Positions 46,845 to 56,691 of a stretch of DNA of 64,000 nt are shown here, piece by piece. The DNA comes from Nitrospirales bacterium (lineage in GTDB: Bacteria > Nitrospirota > Nitrospiria > Nitrospirales > UBA8639). The notes below the pieces were generated by a model that was not told the DNA's origin, searched no databases, and saw only the letters and a list, made by a program, of their open reading frames with translations. The first letter of the stretch is position 1, and each line of letters starts with the position of its first letter. A program made the translations under genes and the position numbers. The DNA is taken from positions 305,101 to 369,100 of the forward strand of contig CBDCWC010000002.1 in the NCBI GenBank assembly GCA_965223295.1, in the 5' to 3' direction.

Positions 46845-48419
46845 GTGAATGAAATTTCGACAACATGGGTACAAGGGCTGAAAAACCCGAAATGTTACTC
46901 GCATTCGGTTGATCAGGTGAGACTGGTAGAAACCCATATTTCTTGGGTGGTATTAACCGGACGGTATGCCTACAAAATTAAAAAACCCGTCGCGTTTTCG
47001 TTTGTGGATTTTTTGACATTGGAAAAGCGTCGGTGGTTTTGTGAGGAAGAAATACGCCTGAATCGTCGATTGGCGCCTGATGTGTACCTGGGGACCGTTC
47101 CTATTTCGGGATCGCCTACTCACCCTCACATTGATGGTCAAGGGCCGCCTTTTGAGTTCGCAGTCAAGATGAAACAATTCTCGTCCGAATCAGAGATGCA
47201 CGAAATTTTGTTTGGTGGAAAAACGGCTGAAAGCACGATTATTCAATTGGCAGATAGGATAGCAATATTTCATGCAGAAATTGACAAGTCCAAAGAGGAC
47301 TCATCCTATGGAAATCCCGATAGGGTTTGGCAAGCCATAAAAGAGTGTTTTGAGGAAATACCCCTCCATTTCCTGAGTCACACGACTCAGAAATGTATGA
47401 CAACAATCAATAGTTGGTTACAGGAAGAATGGCATCGTGTGCACGATGTTTTCCTTCAGCGGAAAAAAACTGGCTTTGTCCGAGAATGTCATGGTGACCT
47501 CCATTTAGGAAATCTTGCCATATTCGAAGGGAACGTATGCGTGTTTGATGCCTTGGAATTTGAGCCGCGTTTGCGCTGGATTGATGTCATGAGTGAGATA
47601 GCCTTTTTAGTGATGGATTTACAAAAAAACGGGCGTTGGGATTTAGCCTTTGTGTTGTTGAATCGCTATGTGGAACAGACGGGGGACTATTATGGCTTGG
47701 CTGTTTTCCGGTTGTATCAGGTCTATCGAGCATTGGTTCGAGCCAAGGTAACTGGTCTACGAATAATGCAGTTAGAAAATCAAAACAAGGACTCGAAACG
47801 AGTTCGCCAAGAGATGGTGGCCTATCTTGATTTAGCGAATCAACTGATCAAGCCACCTGCACCCTTCTTGCTCCTGATGCATGGTGTCTCTGGAGCAGGC
47901 AAGACAACTCTATCGATAGAGGTCATTAAGAGCTTAGGCAGCATTCGCATTCGGTCTGATGTTGAACGAAAGAGGTTGGGTTCGGACAATAGAACTACAA
48001 ACTCAGAGGCAAAGGTGGAAGCGGATTTGTATACCTCAGGCATGACCCAGCGTACGTACGATCGGTTGCAGGAGTTAGCAGGAACGCTTTTGCAGAATGG
48101 GTATTCAGTGGTCGTTGATGCAGCCTTTCTTCGACAATATCAGCGACATCCATTCATACTATTAGCAAAAGAGCGAGGCTGGCCTTTTATCATTTTAGAC
48201 GTCGTTGCTCCCCAGACGGTTTTGGCACAGCGAATCAAGGGGCGTTTGCAAGAAGGGCAAGATGCGTCTGATGCCACGGTTGAAATAATGGAACATCAAC
48301 AGGAAGCCATGGAGTCTTTTATGCCAGCAGAACAATCACATGTAATTCGTGTGGATTCAACCGACCCAGAGTCAATTGTATTGGCCATCAAAAAACTGAA
48401 AAGAATACTTGAAGGTTGA
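46845..48419 (+). CDS. Aminoglycoside-phosphotransferase-like / AAA_33 P-loop kinase fusion
   Basis: ETHISWV, YKIKKPV, ECHGDLHLGN, DALEF, then HGVSGAGKT and IRSDVERKRL. Confidence 0.88.
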   Translation: MNEISTTWVQGLKNPKCYSHSVDQVRLVETHISWVVLTGRYAYKIKKPVAFSFVDFLTLEKRRWFCEEEIRLNRRLAPDVYLGTVPISGSPTHPHIDGQGPPFEFAVKMKQFSSESEMHEILFGGKTAESTIIQLADRIAIFHAEIDKSKEDSSYGNPDRVWQAIKECFEEIPLHFLSHTTQKCMTTINSWLQEEWHRVHDVFLQRKKTGFVRECHGDLHLGNLAIFEGNVCVFDALEFEPRLRWIDVMSEIAFLVMDLQKNGRWDLAFVLLNRYVEQTGDYYGLAVFRLYQVYRALVRAKVTGLRIMQLENQNKDSKRVRQEMVAYLDLANQLIKPPAPFLLLMHGVSGAGKTTLSIEVIKSLGSIRIRSDVERKRLGSDNRTTNSEAKVEADLYTSGMTQRTYDRLQELAGTLLQNGYSVVVDAAFLRQYQRHPFILLAKERGWPFIILDVVAPQTVLAQRIKGRLQEGQDASDATVEIMEHQQEAMESFMPAEQSHVIRVDSTDPESIVLAIKKLKRILEG

Positions 48420-49124
48420 ATTGTCAAAAATCGGGAATCTCTTATGGCTAACAAGATCTTTTGCTTATTTTATGCCATTAGCGCGGATGTTGTGGAGCTA
48501 TCTAAAGGATGCCCAACCTTGTTATTGAGATGGATTGGTTGAGTGTGGGATGTAGAAAAGTATTGTGAGTTCTCTCATATGTCCGCAGCTCGTTAAATCA
48601 AATCTACGACCTTTCTTTTCACCAGGTCTCTTTCCTATCCGTCACATAGTCTTGTCGTGCGCCCGTTTCTTTGGCTCGAAGCGCAGAGTTATGAGACAAC
48701 AAGAGCAGGACGGGATCTGTTGCAATTCCTTCTAGCTTATGTGCCGGCGATGAACGGGTGGTCGTATACATAGTCTATGGGATTCCTTGGAATGGAGTGA
48801 CTGATTCTATTGTGCCTTGAGGAATTGAAAGAAACACGCTCAGTATTGAACTGGGTAAGAAAAGAAAGGGAGAGGTTGGAACTCTTAGATATTGAGGATT
48901 ATTCATGTGTGCCTACAGCTATGAGTATCGTGTCTTACAAGCCCACTATGCATCTAACCATTTTTTGAATGATTTCTGACTCGGGCCTGTCATGTCTGGA
49001 CGCTCCCTAGCGGTACTCTTCTTTCCCGGATAACCTCAAACATTTTCTTGTATAGAAGAGAGACATTATGGTTCACTGATGACAAGAGAAATACTTGCTT
49101 CATTCTTTCCTTTAAATTCACGAT

Positions 49125-51182
49125 ATGGAGGCGACTATTTCATCTGTTCTTTCAACTGACCGTTTGTACAAGACTTTGCTGAGTGTTGCCGAGGTTATTG
49201 CGGTTAATCGGGATCTTCCTGCATTGTTTGAGGCCCTTGCACGGCATATTCCGCAGGTGGTCCATGTGGATTTTCTTGCGTTGGCCCTTCATCACCCTGA
49301 ACGACAGATCATTCAAGATTATATTATCCAAGCAAATGTACCTGCTGATATTGAAGGAAAAAAGGAATGGAGTATAGATAGCCATCCGGCAGGCACCGTG
49401 GTGCAAAGTCAGGAGCCGGTTTTAGTCTCCGATCTCACGATCGATCAACGCTACCCTGACGTGTTTTCCTATATGCGAAAAGATAGGGTAAAGTCCCTGT
49501 GTGCGCTTCCGTTGACGACTGCCGTGAGGCCTTTGGGGGCCTTGATTTTTGCCAGTCGTGAAAAAGGAACTTACCGTGAATCAGATGTTGATTTTCTTTC
49601 ACAAATGGCAAAGCATATTGCGGTAGCCATCGATAATGTTCTTCACGTCCAGGAACTCACCAAAGAACGGGATTGCTCGCGCCTTTTGTTGGAAGTCAAT
49701 AATGCCGTGGTTTCTAATCTAGAGCTAGACGAACTCTTCTCGTCCATTTGCACGTCATTGCGTCGGGTTATCCCTCATCAAATTACCAGTTTGTATCGAT
49801 ATCTGCCTGAAACACATTCCTTCACAAGGCATGTCTTAGATGCGTCAAGTACAAAGGGTGTCCTTCAACCAGGAGAGAGTATTGGCTTTGATGAATTGCC
49901 AGCAGGCCAAGCGGTTTACAACCGTGCGGCTATCGTGATGAATGAGGCAGAGCTAAAAGACAATCAATCACCTACGGCGCAGCAATTGTTAGCTGAAGGT
50001 ATGAAAACCTGTTTTTATGCTCCTCTTGTTGTGCGAGATGAAGTAATCGGCACATTGAACATGGCGAGTTCTCAGGAAGGAGTGTTTAGTGAGGAAGCCT
50101 CCGAATTACTTATGCAAGTGGTCAAACAAATTGCTATTGCGTTCGATAACGCCTTGGCCTACGAAAAAATTCAGACATTAAAAGAAGAACTCGCACAAGA
50201 GAATGTGTATTTAAAAGAAGAGATTCGGACGGAGCAGAATTTTGAGGACATTATTGGAGAGAGTGCCGAACTGAAGGAGGTGCTCCAGCAATTGGAAATC
50301 GTAGCTCCTACGGACTCAACCGTATTGATTCAGGGGGAAACGGGAACAGGAAAGGAGTTGATTGCACGGGCTCTGCATCAACTGAGTTCTCGCAAAGAAC
50401 GGGCGTTTGTCAAGCTGAACTGTGCAGCGATTCCGACAGGTTTATTAGAAAGCGAATTATTTGGGCATGAAAAAGGAGCATTTACCGGAGCCATTGCGAC
50501 GAAAGTTGGCCGATTTGAGCTTGCCCATCGGGGGACAATTTTCCTGGACGAAGTCGGTGAAATTCCTTTGGAGCTGCAATCCAAGTTGTTACGCGTCCTG
50601 CAAGAGCAAGAGTTTGAACGTTTGGGAAGTACGCGCACGATTCAAGTGGATGTGCGCTTGGTGGCGGCGACTAATCGTGATTTGCCCAAAATGGTTGAGA
50701 CTGGACAATTTCGAAGCGATTTGTATTATCGGTTGAGTGTGTTTCCTTTAACGATTCCCGCTCTTCGTCAACGTGTGAAAGACATCCCTATCCTGGTTCG
50801 CTACTTTACCCAACGTTATGCCCAGCGCATGAATAAAACAATTAGCACCATTCCAAGCAAGGCGATGGAAATACTGTCACGCTATCATTGGCCTGGTAAC
50901 ATTCGTGAGTTAGAAAACCTGATCGAACGGGCTGTGATCCTGACGCAAGGTGAAGCACTTGTCATTCCTTTGGCAGAACTCAAAGCGGCACCGCAATTTA
51001 CGAAGCTATCTCCTCAGCCCACCGACACGTTGCAAAACGTCGAACATGATCATATCCTTCAAGCCCTTCGTGAAACGAAATGGGTTGTCGGCGGAGCGGC
51101 CGGGGCAGCCCATCGATTAGGTATGAAGCGAACGACCCTGATCTCAAAAATGAAAAAGCTGAATATCTCCCGCCCACAATAG
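49125..51182 (+). CDS. FhlA-like sigma54-dependent activator (2 GAF + AAA+ + HTH)
   Basis: Two GAF regions, [47 protein letters not shown]. Confidence 0.93.
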   Translation: MEATISSVLSTDRLYKTLLSVAEVIAVNRDLPALFEALARHIPQVVHVDFLALALHHPERQIIQDYIIQANVPADIEGKKEWSIDSHPAGTVVQSQEPVLVSDLTIDQRYPDVFSYMRKDRVKSLCALPLTTAVRPLGALIFASREKGTYRESDVDFLSQMAKHIAVAIDNVLHVQELTKERDCSRLLLEVNNAVVSNLELDELFSSICTSLRRVIPHQITSLYRYLPETHSFTRHVLDASSTKGVLQPGESIGFDELPAGQAVYNRAAIVMNEAELKDNQSPTAQQLLAEGMKTCFYAPLVVRDEVIGTLNMASSQEGVFSEEASELLMQVVKQIAIAFDNALAYEKIQTLKEELAQENVYLKEEIRTEQNFEDIIGESAELKEVLQQLEIVAPTDSTVLIQGETGTGKELIARALHQLSSRKERAFVKLNCAAIPTGLLESELFGHEKGAFTGAIATKVGRFELAHRGTIFLDEVGEIPLELQSKLLRVLQEQEFERLGSTRTIQVDVRLVAATNRDLPKMVETGQFRSDLYYRLSVFPLTIPALRQRVKDIPILVRYFTQRYAQRMNKTISTIPSKAMEILSRYHWPGNIRELENLIERAVILTQGEALVIPLAELKAAPQFTKLSPQPTDTLQNVEHDHILQALRETKWVVGGAAGAAHRLGMKRTTLISKMKKLNISRPQ

Positions 51183-51187
51183 TTCTT

Positions 51188-51238
51188 GTGTCGTCGCATC
51201 ATCATTTGTCGATATATCGTCATTGATAGTTCGACATA
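51188..51238. promoter_or_regulatory. Enhancer (UAS) copy 1
   Basis: GTGTCGTCGCATCATCATTTGTCGATATATCGTCATTGATAGTTCGACATA; near-identical to 53643-53694; contains palindrome TGTCGATATATCGTCA. Confidence 0.75.
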
Positions 51239-51278
51239 CTTCCTGTTTCTTGTTTTCTTCTGATTTAAAAGCCAGTAA

Positions 51279-51291
51279 AAACAAGTAGTTA
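51279..51291 (+). promoter_or_regulatory. Candidate IHF site
   Basis: AAACAAGTAGTTA, one mismatch from WATCAANNNNTTR, between UAS and sigma54 promoter. Confidence 0.5.
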
Positions 51292-51316
51292 GGAATGAGT
51301 GTGGGCTCTTAGGAGT

Positions 51317-51332
51317 TGGAATGGCCTTTGCG
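51317..51332 (+). promoter_or_regulatory. sigma54 (-24/-12) promoter
   Basis: TGGAATGGCCTTTGCG = GG-N10-GC. Confidence 0.85.
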
Positions 51333-51372
51333 ATGTTCTGGACAGAATATACATTCAAACCAGGAGGTCATC

Positions 51373-51855
51373 ATGAGAAAAGGCATTCATATCATCAGTC
51401 GGTTATTCGCAGTAGCGGGGCTTACTGTTTTGGGACTGAGTATTCCGGCTTGGGCTGTTGAAGAGCCAGCGAACGGCTTGAACCAACTCATCCAAGGATT
51501 CCAAACAGAATGGAGACAACCAGTCTCCTCGGTGATCGAAAAGAGTCCATCCGAGTTCACAGAGTTGAATGTGAATCTCTCAGACATTGGTGGCTCACAT
51601 TTTCATGCCCGAGGTGTTTTTGGTCAATAGATGCAAGAATCCGCAGAGGTGACAAGGCCGATGGATATCAACTTGATGAGGCCACCTGCCTTCTCCTCAT
51701 GGGTAGACAAAGCAGAAACGAAGTTCCCTGCCAGTCGTGTTGGTTCGAAGAAGTCCGTGCTTGGGAAATTGTTCTCCAAAGTAGAGTTTTTACCAAATCG
51801 CTTCACTGTGGCCAGATCAAACAATCCAGAGGGAATGGTGTTGTTTGCATTCTAA
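51373..51855 (+). pseudogene. Secreted hypothetical protein split by one in-frame TAG (or two abutting small genes)
   Basis: AGGAGG RBS, signal peptide, TAG at 51628-51630 followed directly by in-frame ATG and 74 more codons with no separate RBS. Confidence 0.5.
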
Positions 51856-51956
51856 GGCCGCAAGTGGGTCTTTGAAAAAAATATTGTATTGCAACTGCAA
51901 CGATTCTACATTGAATGCACATTATTCAATCATCTATCCATGAGGGAGCTGTAGAC

Positions 51957-52640
51957 ATGAAGGAAATGACTATCATCGTGAGCCTCTTGGGGCTAGGACT
52001 TTTAGTGACTGTTCTGGCGTTTGGGAAACCTGGCCTTTCCCTGAGCGATCAAGAACACCGTTTGTTTGAGGCTGTCGCCAACAATGATGTACTCACGGTG
52101 CAGACCTTAGTGAAGAATGGCGTGAATATCAACACACAGGATGTTCGAGGGCGCACTGCTTTATTGGTCGCAGTCGAGAAGCATGATGTTGAGAGCGCGA
52201 AGGTTTTACTCGATGCAGGCGCGGATGTGAATATTCAAGATCAAAAACAAGATAGTCCGCTCTTATTAGCTGGAGCTGAAGGCATGGTCGACATCATGAA
52301 ACTCATGCTGAAAGCGAAACCAGACTTTACGCTGTATAATCGCTTCGGTGGCACCTCGCTCGTTCCGGCTGCTGAGCGGGGTCATGTGAAGATGGTGAAA
52401 TTGTTAGTGAATACAAAAGTCGATATCGACCATGTCAATCATCTGGGCTGGACAGCCTTGTTAGAGGCCATTGTCCTGAGTGATGGGGGGGCGCGTCATC
52501 AACAAATTGTCCAGATTCTGGTAGATGCCGGAGCGAATGTGAATATTGCTGATAAGGAAGGTGTCACTCCCTTGCAGCATGCCCGACAAAAAGGGTTTCA
52601 AGAGATTGTCAAGATTTTAGAATTGGCTGGAGCCAAATAG
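51957..52640 (+). CDS. Secreted ankyrin-repeat protein
   Basis: Signal peptide; GRTALLVA, SPLLLAGAEG, GGTSLVPAAERGH, GWTALLEA, GVTPLQHA. Confidence 0.92.
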   Translation: MKEMTIIVSLLGLGLLVTVLAFGKPGLSLSDQEHRLFEAVANNDVLTVQTLVKNGVNINTQDVRGRTALLVAVEKHDVESAKVLLDAGADVNIQDQKQDSPLLLAGAEGMVDIMKLMLKAKPDFTLYNRFGGTSLVPAAERGHVKMVKLLVNTKVDIDHVNHLGWTALLEAIVLSDGGARHQQIVQILVDAGANVNIADKEGVTPLQHARQKGFQEIVKILELAGAK

Positions 52641-52691
52641 TCAGAACAGCACAGCATAACTTTTTATCTTACAAGGAGGATCAAACAAACG

Positions 52692-53219
52692 GTGAACACA
52701 CAACGAATCACTGCAAAACTTGGCTTGCTCACTTGTTGTTTCGCGGGACTGATGATTGGGCAGGCCCAAGCGGCGGACTTACCGAAAGAAAGTGTACTGC
52801 CGCTGGCCATGGCAACGAAGGCCGCGCATGCAACCGTCGATAAATGTTTAGCTGATGGCTACCGGGTTAGCGTGACGGTCGTAGACCAAGGTGGAAATAT
52901 TCGTGCCGTCTTACGACAGGATGGCACCGGGCCACACACGCTCGAAAGCAGCCGGAAGAAAGCCTATACCTCAGCCAGTATGAAACAGCCCACGGCGAAG
53001 CTCGCCGACTTAATAGCAAAGATGCCAGCGCTTCAAGGTTTGCAACGCATGAATGACCATATGCTGCTATTAGCTGGCGGGTTGCCGATTAAATTCGGTG
53101 ATGCCGTGGTTGGCGGGATTGGTGTGGGTGGCGCACCGGGCGGCCATCTAGATGCAGCTTGCGCACAGGCAGGTCTCGATAGTATCGGTGCCGCGCCACA
53201 GCTTGAGGCGAAAAAATAA
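52692..53219 (+). CDS. GlcG/HbpS family heme-binding protein, secreted
   Basis: Signal peptide, SVTVVDQGG, SRKKAYTS, GGLPI, VGGIGVGGAPGGHLDAACAQAG. Confidence 0.92.
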   Translation: MNTQRITAKLGLLTCCFAGLMIGQAQAADLPKESVLPLAMATKAAHATVDKCLADGYRVSVTVVDQGGNIRAVLRQDGTGPHTLESSRKKAYTSASMKQPTAKLADLIAKMPALQGLQRMNDHMLLLAGGLPIKFGDAVVGGIGVGGAPGGHLDAACAQAGLDSIGAAPQLEAKK

Positions 53220-53252
53220 ATTTCAGAAACTTTATAAGATCGTTAAATAAGG

Positions 53253-53289
53253 AAGAGGCGGCTCTATTGAGGCCGCCTCTTTTTTTTTT
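53253..53289 (+). terminator. Rho-independent terminator
   Basis: AAGAGGCGGC...GCCGCCTCTT hairpin followed by a long T run. Confidence 0.92.
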
Positions 53290-53411
53290 GAGAACAAGTG
53301 TCGTAACACCATTTCTCACTCGGAGTGTTGAATAATGTGTGAAAACTTGTACTTCCGTTGACAGACAGTGTCAGGTTCATTGCTCTCTGACGTGTTAACG
53401 AGTTTTTCTCT

Positions 53412-53489
53412 GGTCATGCCCGCAGTACGAAGCGGGCATCCAGTCCTCTCTTGTCGTCAACCTGGATTCCCGCCTTCGCGGGAATGACC
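53412..53489. repeat. REP/dRS3-like inverted pair
   Basis: GTCATGCCCGC..GCGGGCATCCAG ... CTGGATTCCCGCCTTCGCGGGAATGAC, a typical REP doublet. Confidence 0.85.
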
Positions 53490-53642
53490 TGGCTCCCAAA
53501 CTCCTATGGCTCCTGTCTTAAACCTTATTGAACATTGTCAGAGAGATGAAATATAAGTTTCTACAAATAATGAGGATATCAAAGGCTGCATTTCGCCATA
53601 ACACCCTTGCCGATCAACAGACCTTTGCTTGATTTATTTGCC

Positions 53643-53694
53643 GTGTCGTCTCATCATCATTCGTCGATATGTCGTCATGTCTTTGTTCGACACA
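53643..53694. promoter_or_regulatory. Enhancer (UAS) copy 2
   Basis: GTGTCGTCTCATCATCATTCGTCGATATGTCGTCATGTCTTTGTTCGACACA; ends GTGTCG/CGACAC are a perfect inverted pair. Confidence 0.75.
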
Positions 53695-53772
53695 CGCTTC
53701 TTGCCGTTTTGGCAATCTAGAAAAACCTCCATTCATTTAAGTGTTTGTAGATAATCTAGTACTCTGTGGCCT

Positions 53773-53788
53773 TGGCATGCCTTATGCG
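53773..53788 (+). promoter_or_regulatory. sigma54 (-24/-12) promoter
   Basis: TGGCATGCCTTATGCG = GG-N10-GC, 131 bp from UAS start (130 bp for copy 1). Confidence 0.88.
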
Positions 53789-53869
53789 TGGTTTAAACAT
53801 GAGAAGGGCAACAAGATCAAGAGTATGAAACCCACATCTTAGACACTTTTATCTACAGGAGGCAAAATC

Positions 53870-54367
53870 ATGAAAGCATTTTTTCAAACAGATGACAGAT
53901 GGACCGGGTTGATCTTACGAGTCATGTTGGCCGTGGTTATTTTCCCTCATGGTGCCCAAAAGCTGTTGGGATGGTTTGGTGGAAACGGGTTTGAGGGAAC
54001 TATGGGATTTTTCACACAGCAAGGGATGCCATGGTTAATCGCATTCTTAGTCATTATTGGTGAGGCGCTGGGAGCGGTGGCATTAGTGCTGGGGTTCCTG
54101 ACTCGATTTTCGGCAGGAAGTATTGGAATCATTATGCTGGGCGCTATTGCAATGGTGCATTGGCCACATGGATTCTTTATGAATTGGTTTGGTCAACAGG
54201 CAGGGGAGGGATTTGAATTTCATCTCTTAGTGATTGGCATGACTCTCGCTTTAATCGTCAATGGTGCTGGAAAGTGGTCAGTTGATGGCGTAATTGCACA
54301 AAAATTCAGTGCGTCTTCATTCGAAAACAATGATGTCGGTCAAAAATTGGCCACATCAGCGGCCTAA
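53870..54367 (+). CDS. DoxX family membrane protein (CatD/YqjF-like)
   Basis: [49 protein letters not shown]. Confidence 0.92.
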   Translation: MKAFFQTDDRWTGLILRVMLAVVIFPHGAQKLLGWFGGNGFEGTMGFFTQQGMPWLIAFLVIIGEALGAVALVLGFLTRFSAGSIGIIMLGAIAMVHWPHGFFMNWFGQQAGEGFEFHLLVIGMTLALIVNGAGKWSVDGVIAQKFSASSFENNDVGQKLATSAA

Positions 54368-54389
54368 TTTATATGGGAAGAAAACGCAT

Positions 54390-54646
54390 ATGCTTCGCTT
54401 GACTCTCGAAAAACCTTCTTCTGGATCAACCCTTACACTCGAAGGACGATTGGTTGGTCCGTCCAGTCCGGCCCTGAGCTTGTCGAAGCGAAGGCCACGG
54501 CCATTGTGGGAGAGGTCACCGCGAGAGCATCGCAGGATTCGAAACAGAAACCTATGGCCTTGTCCCGACATAATCTCTATCGCAACTTCTGTACGCTTGA
54601 TCATGGTGAGTTTGTTTACGAAATCACCTGTGGAGAAAAGGAGTGA
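54390..54646 (+). pseudogene. Probable internally deleted, frameshifted STAS-like gene
   Basis: MLRLTLEKPSSGSTLTLEGRLVGP resembles the start of small STAS-like proteins; a different frame then gives ELVEAKATAIVGEVT, resembling their C-terminus. Based on recalled similarity. Confidence 0.4.
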
Positions 54647-54651
54647 GTGGT

Positions 54652-54852
54652 ATGAAGCATTTTATTGCTATGCTTATACTGACCTTCTTCACATCCAGCA
54701 TGGCCGTCACCAAAGATCTTCCTCCCAACACGGCAAAGATCGTGTACGTTCATGCTGGTCCCGAAGTGATCAGGACACAACTAATGCGATCGCCTGTGCC
54801 GTATGCGGGCTTTAGCCAAAGTGACCTGCATGATGCCCTAGCTTCAAATTAG
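54652..54852 (+). CDS. Small secreted hypothetical protein (66 aa)
   Basis: AAGGAG RBS, signal-like MKHFIAMLILTFFTSSMA. Confidence 0.45.
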   Translation: MKHFIAMLILTFFTSSMAVTKDLPPNTAKIVYVHAGPEVIRTQLMRSPVPYAGFSQSDLHDALASN

Positions 54853-54904
54853 CGGGCGGCCACCACTCAAAAATAACGAACGCTCTGGAGAGAAAGGAGG
54901 CGTT

Positions 54905-55351
54905 ATGAAAACACAATATTTGGGACATGTCGTGTTTTATGTCAAAGATTTGGAACAGTCGCTCAAATTTTATCGAGACCTTTTAGGATTTCAAGAAGTT
55001 GGACGTGTGTTTGAGGGAAAGGCTGTGGCTTTAACCACGGGCCGGACTCACCAGGAGCTGCTCTTGATTCAAGTGGGTGATGTCCCAGGGCCTGCATCTG
55101 GTTTGCGTCGAGGCCTGTACCATATTGGGCTTAAGATTGGTGATAGCCTAGATGAACTCCGGTCTGCTAAAAAAGAAATTGAACAAGCTGGAATTTCAAT
55201 TTCTGGAATGAGCGATCATACGGTAAGTCAGAGTCTCTATCTTCATGATCCTGATAGAAATGAAGTCGAGTTGTATGTTGATGATCCGGCAAGCGATTGG
55301 CAGAGGAATCCCATGTTGGTCTTATCGCCTATTAAGCCTCTTGTGTTGTAA
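54905..55351 (+). CDS. VOC/glyoxalase family protein (catechol 2,3-dioxygenase-like)
   Basis: LGHVVFYVKDLEQSLKFYRDLLG, GLYHIGL, SLYLHDPDRNEVELY. Confidence 0.9.
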   Translation: MKTQYLGHVVFYVKDLEQSLKFYRDLLGFQEVGRVFEGKAVALTTGRTHQELLLIQVGDVPGPASGLRRGLYHIGLKIGDSLDELRSAKKEIEQAGISISGMSDHTVSQSLYLHDPDRNEVELYVDDPASDWQRNPMLVLSPIKPLVL

Positions 55352-55458
55352 GCAATCGTGTGATGATTCTAGACGCCGGATGGCGGTTGAAGGGTTTGAA
55401 TGAAAATTTCGGCAATAGAACACGCTCATCTAGTTCAATTTTTTACACAGGCCATCTT

Positions 55459-56691
55459 ATGATGAAACAGATCGCGACCTTTCCTTTACTCTTGGCCTTT
55501 TTGGCTACGGCTTTAGGTCTCACCGCGTGCGAACAAGAAGCCGGAACGGCACCAGCGCCTCCGCCACCGGAAGTGAAAGTGATTACTGTTGAGCCAAAGA
55601 CCATTCCTGATGAGGTAGAGTTTATTGGTCAAACGGATTCATTTCGGCCTGTCGAGATTCGAGCTCAAGTGACAGGAATTATTAAGAAAGTATTTTTTAC
55701 TGAAGGGCGAGATGTGCAAAAAGGCGATAAGCTCTATCTGATTGATCCCATCCCATTTAAAGCGGCAGCTGGAAGTGCTAAAGGGCAAGTGGGGCAGACA
55801 GTCGCACGTTTAGCAAAAGCCCGGGCAGAGTTAGCCCGCGTTCGGCCTCTGGTTGAAGAACAAGCCGTGAGTCAAAAAGATGTGGACGACGCAATAGCTG
55901 AAGAGTTAGCGGCCGAGTCGGCGCTTGTCTCGGCGAAAGCCGAATATGACAAAGCTCGCTTTGACTTGAAAAATACCCTGATTGTTGCGCCTGTGTCTGG
56001 GCGAATTGAAAGAAGTCAGCTTTACGAAGGCCGTCTCGTGTCAGCACAAACAGACCTTCTCACCAGTATTCATCAAATGGACCCGATGTACGTGAATGTC
56101 AATGTGCCAGAAAGTTATATCCTACGGCGGCAACGCGAGTTGTCTGAACAGCGTGTGGAACGTCCCGATCTCTTCCAGCTGCGGGGGCTTATGACGATGG
56201 CCGATGGCTCAACGTATCCCCATGAGGGGACATTGGATTTCGCGGGAACGGGGTTTCGTTCAGAAACCGGTTCGTTGCAGTCTCGTTTTGTGTTTCCCAA
56301 CATTCGTCAACGCTCAGTTCCTGGTGATCGGGATGATCGTCCAATTTATGCGCTGTTTCCAGGCCAGTTCGTCAAAATTCTGGTTAAAGGGTATATGCGA
56401 ACAAACGCGATGCTGGTGCCGCAGCGCGCGGTGCAGCAAGGGCCGCAAGGGACATTTCTGTTTGTTGTGGGAGAGAATGATGTCTGTGACCTTCGTCCAG
56501 TTAAAGCCAGCTTATGGAAAGGTGCTGAATGGGTCATTGAAGATGGGTTGCAACATGGAGACCGGGTAGTCGTTGAAGGATTTCATCGAGTTCGACCCGG
56601 CAATCAAGTCAAACCGATTCCCTATCAGGCTACGCTGTCCCCAACCCAAGAGCATACTGTAGACGAGTCGAAATCCGCAGAAGTGTCATGA
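55459..56691 (+). CDS. RND efflux membrane-fusion lipoprotein (AcrA/MexA family)
   Basis: Lipobox LTAC, VEIRAQVTGII, EGRDVQKGDKLYLIDP, APVSGRI, LVPQRAV. Confidence 0.93.
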   Translation: MMKQIATFPLLLAFLATALGLTACEQEAGTAPAPPPPEVKVITVEPKTIPDEVEFIGQTDSFRPVEIRAQVTGIIKKVFFTEGRDVQKGDKLYLIDPIPFKAAAGSAKGQVGQTVARLAKARAELARVRPLVEEQAVSQKDVDDAIAEELAAESALVSAKAEYDKARFDLKNTLIVAPVSGRIERSQLYEGRLVSAQTDLLTSIHQMDPMYVNVNVPESYILRRQRELSEQRVERPDLFQLRGLMTMADGSTYPHEGTLDFAGTGFRSETGSLQSRFVFPNIRQRSVPGDRDDRPIYALFPGQFVKILVKGYMRTNAMLVPQRAVQQGPQGTFLFVVGENDVCDLRPVKASLWKGAEWVIEDGLQHGDRVVVEGFHRVRPGNQVKPIPYQATLSPTQEHTVDESKSAEVS

